NCBI GenBank assembly: GCA_951406725.2
Contig: OX597821.1
Coordinates: 104,222,001-104,286,000 of the forward strand
Origin: Octopus vulgaris
Lineage: Eukaryota
DNA: 64,000 nucleotides
Direction: 5' to 3'
Part shown: positions 27,164 through 41,783 of the stretch, in pieces
Layout of the letters: each line of letters starts with the position of its first letter
Numbering within the stretch: position 1 is the first letter of the stretch
Position numbers and translations under genes: made by a program
The notes under the pieces: generated by a model
The model's database searches: none
Seen by the model: only the letters and a program-made list of their open reading frames with translations
Told to the model about the DNA's origin: nothing

Positions 27164-28001
27164 TGAAACTTTCTGATACAAAGTCATAAAGTATTCATCT
27201 ATAAACATATAAACAGTTTCGCTTTTGCCTTTGATGACTTTGAAGATAAATCAGCCGTTGTTTCCATGGTGCTTGTGTTGACCAAGCGACTGTATCGCAA
27301 TATTTCACAAATTTGTTTTTGCTTTATATTATTTTTTTGCAAACTAAGAAAAAAATAAATAAATAAAAAGAAAAAGAGACCAACATATGAAAAACAAAAA
27401 TCCACAGAAAATAACAACAAAAACGATAAATTATATATTGCATCACTTTCTTTTGTTTTGTTTTTATGTTTCTTACTTTAGTCTTTAAGATGTTTTAACT
27501 TAGAAGCATTTTATATTTCCACTTATTTTTTTTTTTTCTGTTCGCTTTCTTTAATTTACTCAACTGAATTTTGAAGATTGTTAGGATAATGCTATAGGAT
27601 TTGTGTCCGCCAACGTCAGTCAAATATAGACTCCAGTTCTTGACTGGTACTGTACATAATCGATTAGAGTCGCTTGAAAACCACAATTACCCTTAGTGTT
27701 AGTTGCATTCAGAAAGTTTAAATACTCCTCTTCCGATAATTCTTATCTAGTTCCCCAACTTCCAGTTTAATGCATATATCCTAGATTATCACCTATGTTT
27801 GGTTAACAATTTTAACAATATCGATAAATGAATCGTCCTCACGCACTTTGTAAATCGAAAGAGTTGTAGCATCGTTGACATCAAACTCGTGCAGCGGATT
27901 TTATTTTCCTGGTTGTACAGTATGAACGCATTTGATTGGTTTTCTTATGATCAGGTACCTTTGTAGTCTTTCTGAATTTGTCGAGTTTTTGTGCGTAAAT
28001 T

Positions 28002-28071
<70 letters not shown>

Positions 28072-28089
28072 TATAATCATAATTTACAA

Positions 28090-28262
28090 AAGACAAAAGA
28101 AGAAGACAGGTGTGGAAACAACAAACAGATATATTAGTCTAACACTCGGGAAGTGAAAAATTCTTTTACGTGTCGAGCCTACGCTCTCCCACAGAAAGGG
28201 ACACAGAAATAAACAGGGAAAGAAAATAGAAAAAGGTTGAGTGACTAACGATCTACCATGGT
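28090..28262 (-). mobile_element. Probable Penelope-type terminal repeat remnant with degenerate minimal hammerhead motif
   Basis: Minus strand CTTT-CTGTGGGA-GAGCGTAGGCTC-GACA-CGTA-AAAG, embedded between (TA)n tracts. Confidence 0.45.
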
Positions 28263-28263
28263 G

Positions 28264-28308
<45 letters not shown>

Positions 28309-29226
28309 TATATTAAATTAGAGATAAAACCACAATTAGGTAAATCAAAAAGTGAAAAACATAAACCAAAAAACAGAAAGAAAATTAATTAATATAATAG
28401 ACAAAAAATATATAAAATATAAAATTCAAACTTTAAATTATTTAAATTTAAAAAGTATATATATATATATAATTAAACAGCTTCGCATTGCGTCGACGGA
28501 CCACATTTTTGCGTTACAAACAGCATCTTCGACTGATTGCTGATCTGTGTCGACACAGATCAATTTGTGATAAACAACATGTTTCACAATTGACCGTACT
28601 GCATTTTCTCAGATGAGCTATGAATGGATCAGTGTAAAACGAGACTTGTTTGGAAGATTGGCAGGACGTGGTTAGAGGATTTGTAGCCGGTGAGATCAGT
28701 CGATATAATCAACTTCAATTCTTGCCTGACCTTTCCGATTGTCGATTCGTGTCATGTAAAATGTTGACTTATTCCTGGTGTTAGCTGAAAACACAGTGGT
28801 TATAAATGCAGTTAAATATTTGCTCACTGATCCTTCAAATATATCATAAATTAATAACTTGTTATATTGATCTCTTAGAAAGGGATCAAACCAACCGAAA
28901 TGGGTTTGAAATTTGTATATTCCATGAAAATAATCCGATATCTGATTGGTATTTTATGGGAAAAGACCGAGAATAATAAAACAAAATGTATACACGCCGT
29001 TTGAAGACACAATGCTGTGGAAATGTCTGAGATAATATCTATTCATTCAGTTGTTCTATTATATACTTATAAATGGGGGCAAGATGAATATCATCGTTGA
29101 AGTGACTCTCACGAGATTGACAGATGCGTTTCGCCTTTAGACTTACTGTGTCGTGCATGCGACTGCTGAGCTGTAGAAAAACCAACTAGTTGTAGCCAAT
29201 TGAAACTACATCATTTATTACATGGA

Positions 29227-29302
<76 letters not shown>

Positions 29303-29564
29303 TAACTACTACGCGTAGATGCCTTGCCGGAAAATTAAATCAGTTCTTCAAGGATAAATTCCGTGTTTGTCTAGACTGAGCCTTTGTGAATATAGTCACC
29401 ATACTAATGATAAGAACAATGTTTTTAGCCCAGGGCCTCCGTAACAATTAAATATATATATAAAGGCGGTTCTCCAGCATGGCCGCAGTCAAGTGACAGA
29501 AACAAATAGAAGAATATAAGAATATAAAAATGATCCTATGTTGTGCGTTGTGGATGTAGTCTTT

Positions 29565-29786
29565 TATTCTTATATATGTTTCAGTCATTTGACTGCGGCC
29601 ATGCTGAAGCACCGCCTTTTAGTCGAAGAAATAGAACCTAGGACTTATTCTCTTTAAGCCTATTATTTATCCTATTGATCTCTTTTATTGAACAGCTAAG
29701 TTACCGAGACATAAATACACCAACATCGGTTGTCAAGCAATGGTTGGGCCACAAATAGAGACAAACAAACATATATATACATATGC

Positions 29787-29844
<58 letters not shown>

Positions 29845-29975
29845 TTCGTACAGTTTCCGTCTACCAAATCCACTCACAAGGCTGTAACGGAAGAGACACT
29901 TGCCCAAGGTGTCTCGCAGTGGGACTGAAACCGGGAACATATGGTTAAGAAGCACGCTTCTTACCACAAAACCAT
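29565..29975 (-). mobile_element. Composite SINE family B
   Basis: Head (TGTGGTAAGAAG...GTTCCCGGTTTCAGTCCCACTGCG...CCTTGGGCAAGTGTC), internal (TA)n, and tail GGCGGTGCTTCAGCATGGCCGCAGTCAAATGACTGAAAC. Confidence 0.8.
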
Positions 29976-30964
29976 ACCAAAGAAATTTATTGCATATAAA
30001 TTTTGACAATAAAACTTTACATATAATACCCTAGAGGGCTCGTTTAAGACCCACTGAATCAGAGTAAAGTAAAGTGAAACGTACTTCTGACCATTGTATC
30101 GTAGCTTACTTTTCTCCCGAATAATCTATTGATGTATGCTATTTTATCTACTTGTTGTTCTTCGTAATGCAAATGTTTGCTTTGGGTTAGTTATTTCTAA
30201 TACTTCTAGAAAGTTTCGTATTAAAGAAGACACTCCCGTATGGCTCATGTGCTAGGATCTCGCCGCAAGAATCTACAGATCACATACCTGCAAGATATTT
30301 AATGTTTCATTAACTTGACTAGAGAATTAGAAATCATAAATTTGGTATAAATTGATGCACGACAGTTAACAGATAGTTTATTGAAATTCATGCCAGACAA
30401 AGAACTTACAATATAGGGAAACTTATCTTCGTGAAGAATTGTTTCTCATCGCTATAAGCCTAATGAAGTTTCATTCAAGCACGGACTGTACTGAACCATG
30501 CAATTCATGATGACGGCACCATAACTGTTGTATAAGAAAAGTTTTGAAAATTTCTCTTTATGAAACTTTCCATATGTATATCCTAATGCGTTGTAAATGT
30601 GGCGGAAAGTGATAAAATACAAAAAGCAGGATGAAAAAATCAACAACAAAAATCAAAAACACACAGAAACAATGAATAAAAAAAAAAATGTTTCGTCTTT
30701 CTTTACTGAATTGAATATAAATCTTTTCAAACATTTATTCTCCATCATAGATACAGTTTTGGTTATTGATGTCGTTGCTGTTGTTGATGCTGTTGTTGTT
30801 GTTATTGTTGCTATGTTGTTTTGTACACTAGAATGAACGCGATATTTTTAATAATAACGAAACGATAGTTATAGCAGTAATGAGAATAATACTACAGTTA
30901 CAACAATAACAACAACAAAACCTACTACCAATAATTATAATAACCAGTGAGATGATGTTAATAA

Positions 30965-31170
<206 letters not shown>

Positions 31171-31467
31171 ATGGTAATGATAATAATGATAATAGTGACG
31201 ACAAATACTTTCTTATATTCGTGAAAATAATAAGGAAATAACGAAAAATCATGCAAACGAAAATAATAAATATTTTGGAATTATTTTTGTTATTCCCAAG
31301 TCCCGTGATAATACTTTTGTGTGATATTTCGTTTCATTTTATTCGTGGTTGATCACCAGAAATAATATTTTTTAGAAGCATAATATTTTTCTCTCCGTTT
31401 AAAGTTTTGGGCAAGTTTCTTTTCAAATCCATATTCATGTTTAAAATAAATGGTGTTTTGTGTGCGT

Positions 31468-31501
<34 letters not shown>

Positions 31502-32498
31502 CTGTCTGTGTATATATGTAGATATATATCGAAATATAGTTTATAGCTGTGTACAAACTTTATCATTTAGTAATGATTTCGAAGAATCGTATGGAATGAT
31601 TTGGGAATAAAAGAAAATATTAACAAACTCATGTATAATACCAAAATATTTGTAGACTAAAATTATTTATTCCATAGAGAAAGGTTCTCTTCTATATAAA
31701 CACAAGCAGTTGTTTATACATACATACGCGCACTCAAGCAACCACCCACTTACGTATGCATATATGTATATTTGTATGCGTGTGTGTTTATAGGTACGTA
31801 CATACGTATGTACGTATCGATCTCTATATATGCATGTGTATAGAAATGCTTAATCGATGACAACGAACTTCTGACTTATATATTTGAAGAGGAATACTTA
31901 TTCTTCGTTCCCGCTTAACCATTTTGTACTCCATGGTGCCGCAAACAGACCAACATAAGTGTAACGGCGCTTGCCTTTGTCTGGCCCCTATGGAGGATGT
32001 GATTAAAGAATCTACGCCTATGATACTCCCAGGAATATTGGGCTAAAATAAAGGATACATGGATGTAAAGTGGCATCTCTGTATTTGGTGGGAACTGCTA
32101 TAGTATTGTCAGTATATAGAGCTGAAGTAGAGCGTGTATAGATTCAGCACATTTTCTCGTATTGTAGAGGTAGATAAATAAGAAGACAAATACATAGCGA
32201 CACAAATGTGTTCTTATATTTCGTGTGCACACGCATTTGTGTGCGTGTGTGTGTGAGTGTGTGTGTATATAGGTGCGTGAGTGTCTATAAGAGTGAGTGC
32301 ATATGTGTACGAGCGTGTGTCCGTGCGTGTGGGTATATCTGTTAGTGTGTCTGTGAATGATCTTCGCAAAGTTCAATAATGTAAAAGCGAATTGCGTTAT
32401 CTCTGAGCATTTCGAATTATTTATCGGAACATTAACTGACCCGAACACGAAAGACAAGAAATTCATGTTGCTATTCCCAATAGGGAAACATAGAACAC

Positions 32499-32710
<212 letters not shown>

Positions 32711-32846
32711 TATATATGTATGTATCTATCTATCTATGGGTCTGTCTGTCTATTTTCTGGTATTTCTCTCTTCCTCTTCCTCCTCCACTCACTCTGTATA
32801 CATACATACATACATACATATATATGTGTGTGTACTTCTATCTATG

Positions 32847-32894
<48 letters not shown>

Positions 32895-34719
32895 AAGTAT
32901 GCACACACATACACACAAATACATGTATATATAGAGAGAGGCGGAGCGAGAGTCAGAAGGACATACACATATATACGTGTGTGTATGTGTGTGTGTGTGT
33001 AGCGCTCGTTTTTAAACCATCTGATTAACACGAAGGTTGCCATTAAAACATGAAAATGACCAATACTTTGCATAGATTCTCCAAATTACTTGCCAGGATA
33101 TAGTAATAACTTGCCCGAATATTATGAAGAATTGGCTTCTACCCACTAAACGTAACACCGTGAAATTTTTCGCGGCAAATTACATTTCCCAAATCCATAT
33201 ATTTTCTAATTAAGTTAATAAGATTATTGAATGGAAAATAAATAGTATGTTAGTTAGTTTTTGGAGTATCGAATGCCATGGCTTGCTGGGAGTTGCCAGT
33301 TAACAATGCCTACTCAGAAATTAATTGGAACGGAGAGGAAAGTATCATGGCGGCGTCTAACGTTTGCTACTTTCGGTACAAAATAAATTACGTTTATAAG
33401 TATGTGAATAATTAATAGGTAGGTTGGAGTTTCTCTATCCAATGCCCCAGGATGCTGACATTCACAAATATATATTCCAACCGCTTTACGTCTCATATGG
33501 CTTAATAGACTAGTCAGTAGCCATTTATCATATATATTGCTGTGAAAAATATCTGTTCTCTTATAGTTGTACTCCTAAAACCACATTTATTGATTCTGAA
33601 GTATTATTTACCCTAATAGATTCTCCATTCTAATGAAATAAGAAATATTTCTTTCAATTTCTTTTCTCGTCTTTCATTTATAAATTGTTGTCATCCGGGA
33701 TTTGTGTTTTAAATAGCTGATAGGAAAGACTGATCAATAATACATAGCACTAAGAATTCTTATCTGAAAATTCAATTTGAATTGCAGTGAAAAGAATTGC
33801 AGAATCAAACCACATTTCTTCTTTCTTATTGGCTGTTTTCGGTTAAACAATAGCTCCAGCTTCTTTTATTTATTTCTCATCGTTTTTGTCTTTTTCTACT
33901 TAATTTCTGGTCGGTAACCTTCAGAAAAATATAACAGAAATTCTTTATTTCTCACTCGATAAATTCTTCCTGTGGGATTCATTCCGAATATTTTAGCTCG
34001 CTTACTTAATTTTATACATGAAAAAACAAAAATAAAAAGAGAAGAAATGAGATTTCTTTACCAAATTTATATTTATATATTTGGTTCTATTTTGCTTTAT
34101 TGATTTATTTAAAATTTATGATGAAGCCATTTAAAATCAATGCTAATCTATTCCATTTTGAATCTAGTTGATTCGCTTTTCTTTCATATGCAATTTCGTT
34201 ATTAGATTGGTTTAGATGATTTTTCTTAACGATTGGAAAACAATACTTTCTTCGTAAGTAATTCAAAGGAAGTCAAATAACTTTGAGACTTGAAACCGGG
34301 ATATAGTGGAACAAGTAGACTTCAAGTATTGTGAGAAATACAGAATAATTTTAAGATAGCACTGTTTTCCAAACCAATTACCACTCATACGTAGAATACT
34401 ATCTACGAATTGTATGTATTATTCATTCTAAGAAAACCACCGTTCATGATCAGTTCGTATAGATACTGAAAAAGCTTACTTGCGTGTTTGAAATTATAAA
34501 TATCTGCTTACTGTTAGACTACTGTCTTTGGTGTAGCTTAGATTCGAATCGTATTATAGTACATCATTAGAGGATAATTCATTCTCACCAAGCAATGGAC
34601 AGGAGTAAGTACATTTGAAGTGAAATTTTCTTTTCTTTGTTAAAACATAAACATACTCGGATACACAACAGCAGTGCGTGTGTGTTCATGAATACAAAGA
34701 TATAAAGATTTATCTCTAT

Positions 34720-34850
34720 AGGCGCAGGAGTGGGTGTGTGGTAAGTAGCTTGCTTACCAATCAAATGGTTCCGGGTTCAGTCCCACTGCGTGACAAGTGT
34801 TTCTACTATAGTCTTGTGAGTGGATTTGGTAGACTGAAAGAAGCCAGTTG
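34720..34850 (+). mobile_element. SINE family B 5' half with internal deletions
   Basis: GGCGCAGGAGTGGGTGTGTGGTAAGTAGCTTGCTTACC...GGTTCCGGGTTCAGTCCCACTGCG. Confidence 0.8.
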
Positions 34851-34859
34851 AATATATAT

Positions 34860-34931
<72 letters not shown>

Positions 34932-35196
34932 TGGCGAATATAAATTTAAGACCGATGATAAAACTTCTATTTCTTACAAAATATTTTGTTACTAACACCA
35001 TGCAAATTATTGTTATCTTTTACACCTTATGCAGAATTTATTTCTCCTTCGAATGATGCTGAGAATACCTATTTTTATACAATTCTAATGCTAAATCAAT
35101 ATAAACGTTTCAAATTTACCGGCAAAACCGTATCATTATAGTTATATTTAAAGCTTAGGATTACAGCAAAAATGAGCATCAAGAACGAAATACATA

Positions 35197-36095
35197 TTAG
35201 TACCTTGTGCCATAGCTTTCATTCTTATTAATGGCTGCATAACGCCTCGGCATTGAATTGGCTAAGTGATTACAAAATTCTATGGGAATGTTTTGCCATA
35301 TTTCATTGATATAATCAAATTATTGTTTTAGACTAGATGGTTTTTTAGCATGGACATTTTTGCAAACATAATTCCACAAGTTCTCGATTGGATATAGGTC
35401 CGGGCTCTGGGGAGGCCATGCGATTACGTCAACATTATTGTGATCAAAGAATTCCATAACCCTTTTGGCTTTATGTACAGAACTATTGTCCTGTTGATAA
35501 ATAGCCCCTGGAGACATTTGGTGAGTCAAATATGGCACAACATCATCATTTAGTAGATTCATATAACCTACACTATTTAGCATTCCATCAACTTTATCTA
35601 GAGGGCCATCACCTAAATGCCGCCCACACCATCACACCCCCACAATCCGCTTGCGCCGTCTTTTTTCGCGCATTTCGGATGGAATTCCTCAGTTGGGCGA
35701 CGCCTGACGTACGTTTTACCATCTGATCCAAATATACAGAAGCGTGACTCATCACTCCAAAGGACCCTGTACCAATCTTCGGCAGTCCATTGAGCATGAC
35801 TTTTTGCGAAATTAAGGCGTTTGAGTCGATTTCTTTCGGATATCATTGCCTTTTTCCTAGCGATTCGTCTACGTAGTCCAAATTCTCTCGAACGGTTGCA
35901 GACGGTTTGTGGTGTAAAAATAACACCATTCTCGTTGGACAATTGTTTACAGATGTCAATGGCTGTCAGCATTCGGTTGCCTTCTGAAAGACGGTGAATT
36001 CGACAGTCCAACTGCACCGTCGTTTTTCTTGGGGCGCCAATCCTTTGCCGATCTTTATATTGACTAATCTCCGAGTATAAATTCCACGCTTGCAT
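35197..36095 (-). pseudogene. Tc1-family DD34E transposase, 5'-truncated and frameshifted
   Basis: GAPRKTT (GRPR-like), HTH region, VLWSDESRF, GVMVWAAF, YQQDNSSVH, WPPQSPDLYPIENLW, SMPRR..., stop at 35197-35199. The element probably extends to a TA boundary near 34929. Confidence 0.88.
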
Positions 36096-36274
36096 GCAAA
36101 TAACATAAAATAAATTTACACATTATAATTAAACTATACATTTAGAAATGATCGAAGTTGATATTCTCGATTTCAATATATCGTCTCTAAACGATATATT
36201 GTGTATTATTCAGTATAGTAATTTTTAGTACAATATTAATAATATATTTAAATTTATATTTTACTAAAGATGAT

Positions 36275-36275
36275 G

Positions 36276-36344
<69 letters not shown>

Positions 36345-36372
36345 TTAATAATAATAATAATAATAATAATAA

Positions 36373-36441
<69 letters not shown>
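36275..36441. repeat. (TAA)n microsatellite
   Basis: Direct reading. Confidence 0.95.
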
Positions 36442-36701
36442 CATAAGAGAAGAGCGCCAGCCTTGACAGCGGCTGGACGTGTTCCTCACTGCTCTGACAG
36501 TTCGGTGGCTGAAAGCCATAGAAACACTAATATGAGCCAGTTTAGCAACGGGGAAAAATAACTCTCAAAGACTGGAACATCTACAATACCTCGTGAGTAT
36601 TTGAAATTCTCTTCAAAGTGGGTTAAGAAATTTACAAATTTACATATCTGCAGCTTTCAAACATACATCCGATCGGCTTTAAAAACTTTAATACCCACAA
36701 C

Positions 36702-37466
36702 TGCCTCTGTAAGCACCCTTTTTTTTTTTTCTTCTCTCTAAAAACATCACGCTTTTCTTTTTGTGGACTTGCAAAACCCTAAAACTTTCTATGAAAATCT
36801 GACTTTTCTTTGCTTCCTCCCTGAATATTCAAATATAAATGTAAACATATACTCTTTATTGCAAAACACACCTGTTCTTCTAACTGGACATACAAACATC
36901 TCTAGAGGGTCAACTTCAACCTCCACAATATTACCTTACACGAAATATACAAACACTTTTTATTGCAATAACACAAACGCACATGGAAAAAAAAAAAAAT
37001 GATGATGATGCTAAGATTCTCTCTGGTCGAACACAACAAATAATACAGAACAGCCCTTCTAAGCACGAAATATTCACACAAACGCACATGGACAGAACAG
37101 CCCTTCCTTAATTTTTAAGAAGATTTATAAATTTACTTAAGTTTTCTAATAGCTTTAGTAAACATTGCCTCTGTAAACATCCTTTTTTTTTTTCTTCTCT
37201 CTAAAAACATCACGCTTTTCTTTTTGTGGACTAAAACTTTCTTGAAAATCTGACTTTTCTTTGCTTCCTCCCTGAATATTCAAATATAAATGTAAACATA
37301 TACTTTTTATTGTAAAAACACACCTGTTCTTCTAACTGGACATACAAACACTCTAGAAAAGTCAAAACCCCCACAATATTACCTTACAGGAAATGTTTAT
37401 TGTAATAACACAAACGATGGTGATGATGGTGATGATTCTCTATTCACAAACAATACAGAACAGCCC
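36702..37466 (+). repeat. Tandem duplication (about 36702-37058 and 37166-37466)
   Basis: TGCCTCTGTAA...CTTCTCTCTAAAACATCACGC...AATACAGAACAGCCCT occurs twice; the second copy has many small deletions. Confidence 0.85.
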
Positions 37467-37854
37467 TAATTTTTCTTAAGCCTAATAGATAAACATCTGT
37501 AATATTGCTGATAATCTATCTATCTATCTACACACACACACACTCAACGAGTTCAACCAACACAAAGAAAGTATTATTTGACAGGCAAGAACTCTGGTGT
37601 TGAAGACAGTCAGCCAGCCAACCACCAAGCCAGCCAACGAGACAGACAGACGCTACTGTGATGGTGATAATGATAAAAAAACAAAAATAACAATAATAAG
37701 ATACTGCTGTGACTACACATAAAACAATATCATTGATGATGATGGTGGTGATGGTGATGGTGATGATGATAATGATGATGGTAATGGTGGTGATAATAAC
37801 AATAATAAGCCGACTACGGCTGCTATAATGGTACGATTATAATTGTAACGACAA

Positions 37855-40800
37855 TGATGGCCGTCTCCCCACGAGCCGTTCAAAGCTAAAAAATGATAAC
37901 ATTATCGTAGCACCAAAATGTTTTTGGAAACTAAAAGGAAAACTAAATCAGTATACCAAATCGCTTGTCCTATGGTTAATCTGGAAGCGCGTCCCCATGG
38001 GAAGAGCCAGCCTGGGATCGAAAAGTCATCAACTGGCACAAACTCTTCTCCGAATACGGACATGGATAGTCACTTGAACGGGAAATCCCCCAACTCGAGC
38101 CCTCCAAGTTCACCACCACAACCACCACAGAAAGAAAAATGTAAGTGGAACAAATGGACCCGAGAAGAGTATAAAGAAGTAATATACGCTTATTACTATG
38201 CATTAGGTAGGCCATCTCAAGAGAGACACACCGCAAACTCTTACAGTATATGGAGAACACGGAATCAAGACAGTAGGCCCTATTTGGACGAGAACAAGTT
38301 AGCAAATGTGAGGAGGGATATCCTTAGAAATAACAGACTCACAGACAGTGAAATAAGCGCGATCAAGCACGAAACGGAAAATGACATAAATATAAGACAC
38401 AAAGGAAATGAAGAATCAGATGAACAGTATAGCCCGCCACGAGGCTTAATTGAAAGACTGCCATCTGACCAAAGTACGCAAAGGCCTGAAGATACAAGAA
38501 ATTCTATTGTACCTGTTAAAGAGAGCCAGGAAAACGAAAAAAACAACAGTAACTGAAGATCTCGCATTTGCTGAAGAACACAGAGAGTCTATGGCAGAAA
38601 TGAGGCAGAAAATCCTGAATACGCTTGAAGTTGTAAGACATACAAGTATGAATGATAGAGAACCACTTCATAAACTCTCAAATACAAACCAAAATAAAAA
38701 ACAAATCCAAATTGGCAACTATGTAACAAATGAAATAATACGAGAATTAAAACCTGATTTTACTGAGTTAAATGAAATTATTTACGCTTCTGCTAGGGCA
38801 ATTGAAACCAGCTGTATGCCCCCGAAAAAACAAAGAAAACAAAACCTGGGAAGAAATCAAACCTGGAGAAGTAAAATTGAAAAAGAGATTGAATTTATGA
38901 GAGGGGTAATATCAATATTAAATGAACTAATATGTGGAAATGATGTAAGATCCAGAACAGGAAGAAAGATGAAGAGAAAATTTGGATCCTCACCAAGAGA
39001 AGAACTGATATCAATAAAAGAAACGCTGAAACAAAAAGTCCAAGCAAAAGCCCAAAGAATACGAAGATTTGAGAAGAGAAGCAAGTTTTACAAGCAAAAT
39101 AAGCTGTTCACATCCAATGCCAAAAAATTCTATAGAGAAATAGGGAAGGAGAAAGTAACCGTTAAAGACCCCCCTCCCATGGAAGAAGTTCAAAACTTTT
39201 GGAAAAGGATTTGGAGTGACAAGAAGACGTACAACATAAATGCAGACTGGATTATACAAACTGAAGGATCCTACCAAAGTTTACAACAACAAGCATGGGA
39301 AGACATCACAATAGCAGACCTAAGAAAGGCACTCACGAAGGCCCATAATTGGAAATCCCCCGGTAAAGATAGGGTGCCGAATTTCTGGCTCGCATCGTTC
39401 CCATGCGCACACGGTAAGCTAGTTCAGCTGCTCAATGGAATTATGAGAGACCCAAAGAAAACACCTGAATGGTTAGCAAGTGGCATTACTTACCTACTCC
39501 GAAAGAATAACGAAACCAACCTTCCAAAAAACTATCGGCCTATAACCTGTCTATCCACCACGTATAAAATCCTAACATCTATCCTGGCGGAGAAAACATA
39601 TGCATTCATGGAGAAGAACGATATTTTCCCCATTGAACAAAAAGGGTGCCGCCGAGGCTCTTACGGATGCAAAGATCAACTGCTAATCAATCGTATGATC
39701 CTTGTGAACTGTCACGACAAGCGCAGAAATCTCAGCACCGCATGGATTGACTACAAAAAGGCCTTCGACAGTATACCGCATCCATGGATCTTGAGATCGC
39801 TGGACATCTTCAAAATTTCCCCTGTGATTTCAAACTTCCTGAAGCACAATATGTCGTGGAATACGAATCTCCAATTATACCACTCTAATGGAGTACTTGC
39901 CTCAGAAAATATAAACATCAACTGTGGAATTTTTGAAGGTGACTCACTTTCACCTTTAATATTCTGCATAGCCCTAATACCCCTTACAAGTGAATTAAAC
40001 AGAACAGGGTATGGGTATAAAATTGCCAATAAAAAAATAAACCATCTATTTTATATGGATGACTTAAAACTTTATGGTACAGACAATAATGAACTTGAAG
40101 GCCTATTGCGCACCGTGAAAGCATTCAGCAATAACATCGGGATGGAGTTTGGACTTGAGAAGTGTGCCAAGGCCACTTTCCAGAAAGGGAAAGTGAAGAC
40201 CACAAATTCAGTCGTGTTAGATGTTGACACAGTCATAAGAGAGCTTGAGCAAGAACAAACATACAAATATTTAGGGATAAATGAAGGCTCTGGTATTCAG
40301 CATGCAAGCATGAAAGAGAAAATCAGGAAGGAATGTTATAGGAGAGTTCGTGCAGTCCTGAAATCTGAACTAAATGCACGTAACAAGGTGTTAGCTATAA
40401 ATTCCTTAGCAGTTCCAGTTGTTACTTATAGCTACAATGTGTTGAACTGGAATATGAGTGAAGTAAAGAATATAGATAGAAAAATACGCAAGCTGCTGAG
40501 TTGTAATAGGATGCACCACCCAAAGGCAGACGTAGATCGCCTTTACCTTCCCAGAGCCCAAGGAGTTCGAGGCCTGATCCAATTTGAACTAGCTTACAAA
40601 ACAACCACAATTGGACTGGCCAAATATCTCGAAATATCGAATGACTGGATGCTAAAGCTCGTGGAAAATCACGAGAGACGAAAGAAGCTTCATTCTATTA
40701 TAAAGGAAAGCAAAAAATATGCTATTGATCTCGTGCAGGATACCCAAACTGAACAACCCGAGGGAAGTACGGCAACTATTGTTGCAAAGAAGGTGAAAAT

Positions 40801-41783
40801 GATGGCAATGAAAAAAGCGCACGAGCAATTTGGCTGATAGGTGGGAGGAGAAACCTCTGCACGGCAAATATGTGACCCGCAGCAAACAAGCTGATGTTGA
40901 CCAGAAGCAAACCCATCAGTGGCTACGGAGCTAGCTCAGGGCTAAAAGCAGAGAGCGAAGGTTTCATCCTGGCTGCTGAAGATCAAAGCCTATTAACCCG
41001 GAACTACCAGGCCAATGTGATGAAAAATGGAGCAGACCCAAAATGCCGATTCTGCAACGACATGATTGAAACAGTGGACCACCTAATCTCTGGATGTAAA
41101 GTCTTAGCACCAGTGGAGTATAAATTAAGACATGACAGAGTTGGCCAATATCTCCACTGGCTAATAAGTCGGCATTATAATATCAAAACTGCCGACAAGT
41201 GGTATAATCACCACCCTGAGGCTGTAACTGAAGGAGAAAATGTAACCATTCTGTGGGACTTTCCAGTACATACAGACCGAACCATCAAGGCCAATAAACC
41301 AGATATTGTTGTGAAAGACCAAAACAATAAAGTTTGCTTATTGATCGACATGAGCATCCCCTGTGATCATAATATCTCAGCGAAAGAGTTTGACAAGCTC
41401 AGAAAATATAAAGACCTACTCATTGAAATTGAGAAAATGTGGCATCTCAAGGCGGTTACAATACCAGTGATCGTAGGAGCACTAGGAATGATCAAGAAGG
41501 GAACCGAAAATTATATGAGAATGATCCCTGGCTTACCATCCCTGCAAGAAGTGCAAAAGATTGTCTTAACTGGTACATCACACGTATTGAGAAGAGCATT
41601 GTCGATGTGAGAACTGTTGCTGCTCATGTATTTTAATTTAACTTTAAAAAAAAAAAAAAAAATGAACGAAGTACTGAGTTTGGTTTAATGGCCTACCAAT
41701 GTATACTATGAGTTTCTTTGCCCTAGGAGTCGGGAAGACACTCGGCAAGAAATGGAAGCAAATTTGAAAGAAGAAAAAAAAAG
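37855..41783 (+). mobile_element. R4/Dong-like non-LTR retrotransposon (RT + restriction-like endonuclease) ending in (TAA)n
   Basis: Single long frameshifted ORF, short 3' UTR, then (TAA)n at 41784-41824, the known Dong target type. The 5' boundary is approximate. Confidence 0.88.
37918..41610 (+). pseudogene. R4/Dong-like ORF: N-terminal domain, RT, CCHC finger, PD-(D/E)xK endonuclease; three frameshifts
   Basis: KWTREEY; NWKSPGKD; NYRPITCL; EQKGC; AWIDYKKAFDS; GIFEGDSLSP; LFYMDDLKLY; YKYLG; CRFC..ETVDHLISGC; RHD; KPDIVV..IDMSIP..KLRKY. Frameshifts near 38540, 40830 and 40930 (AGCT duplication). Confidence 0.92.
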
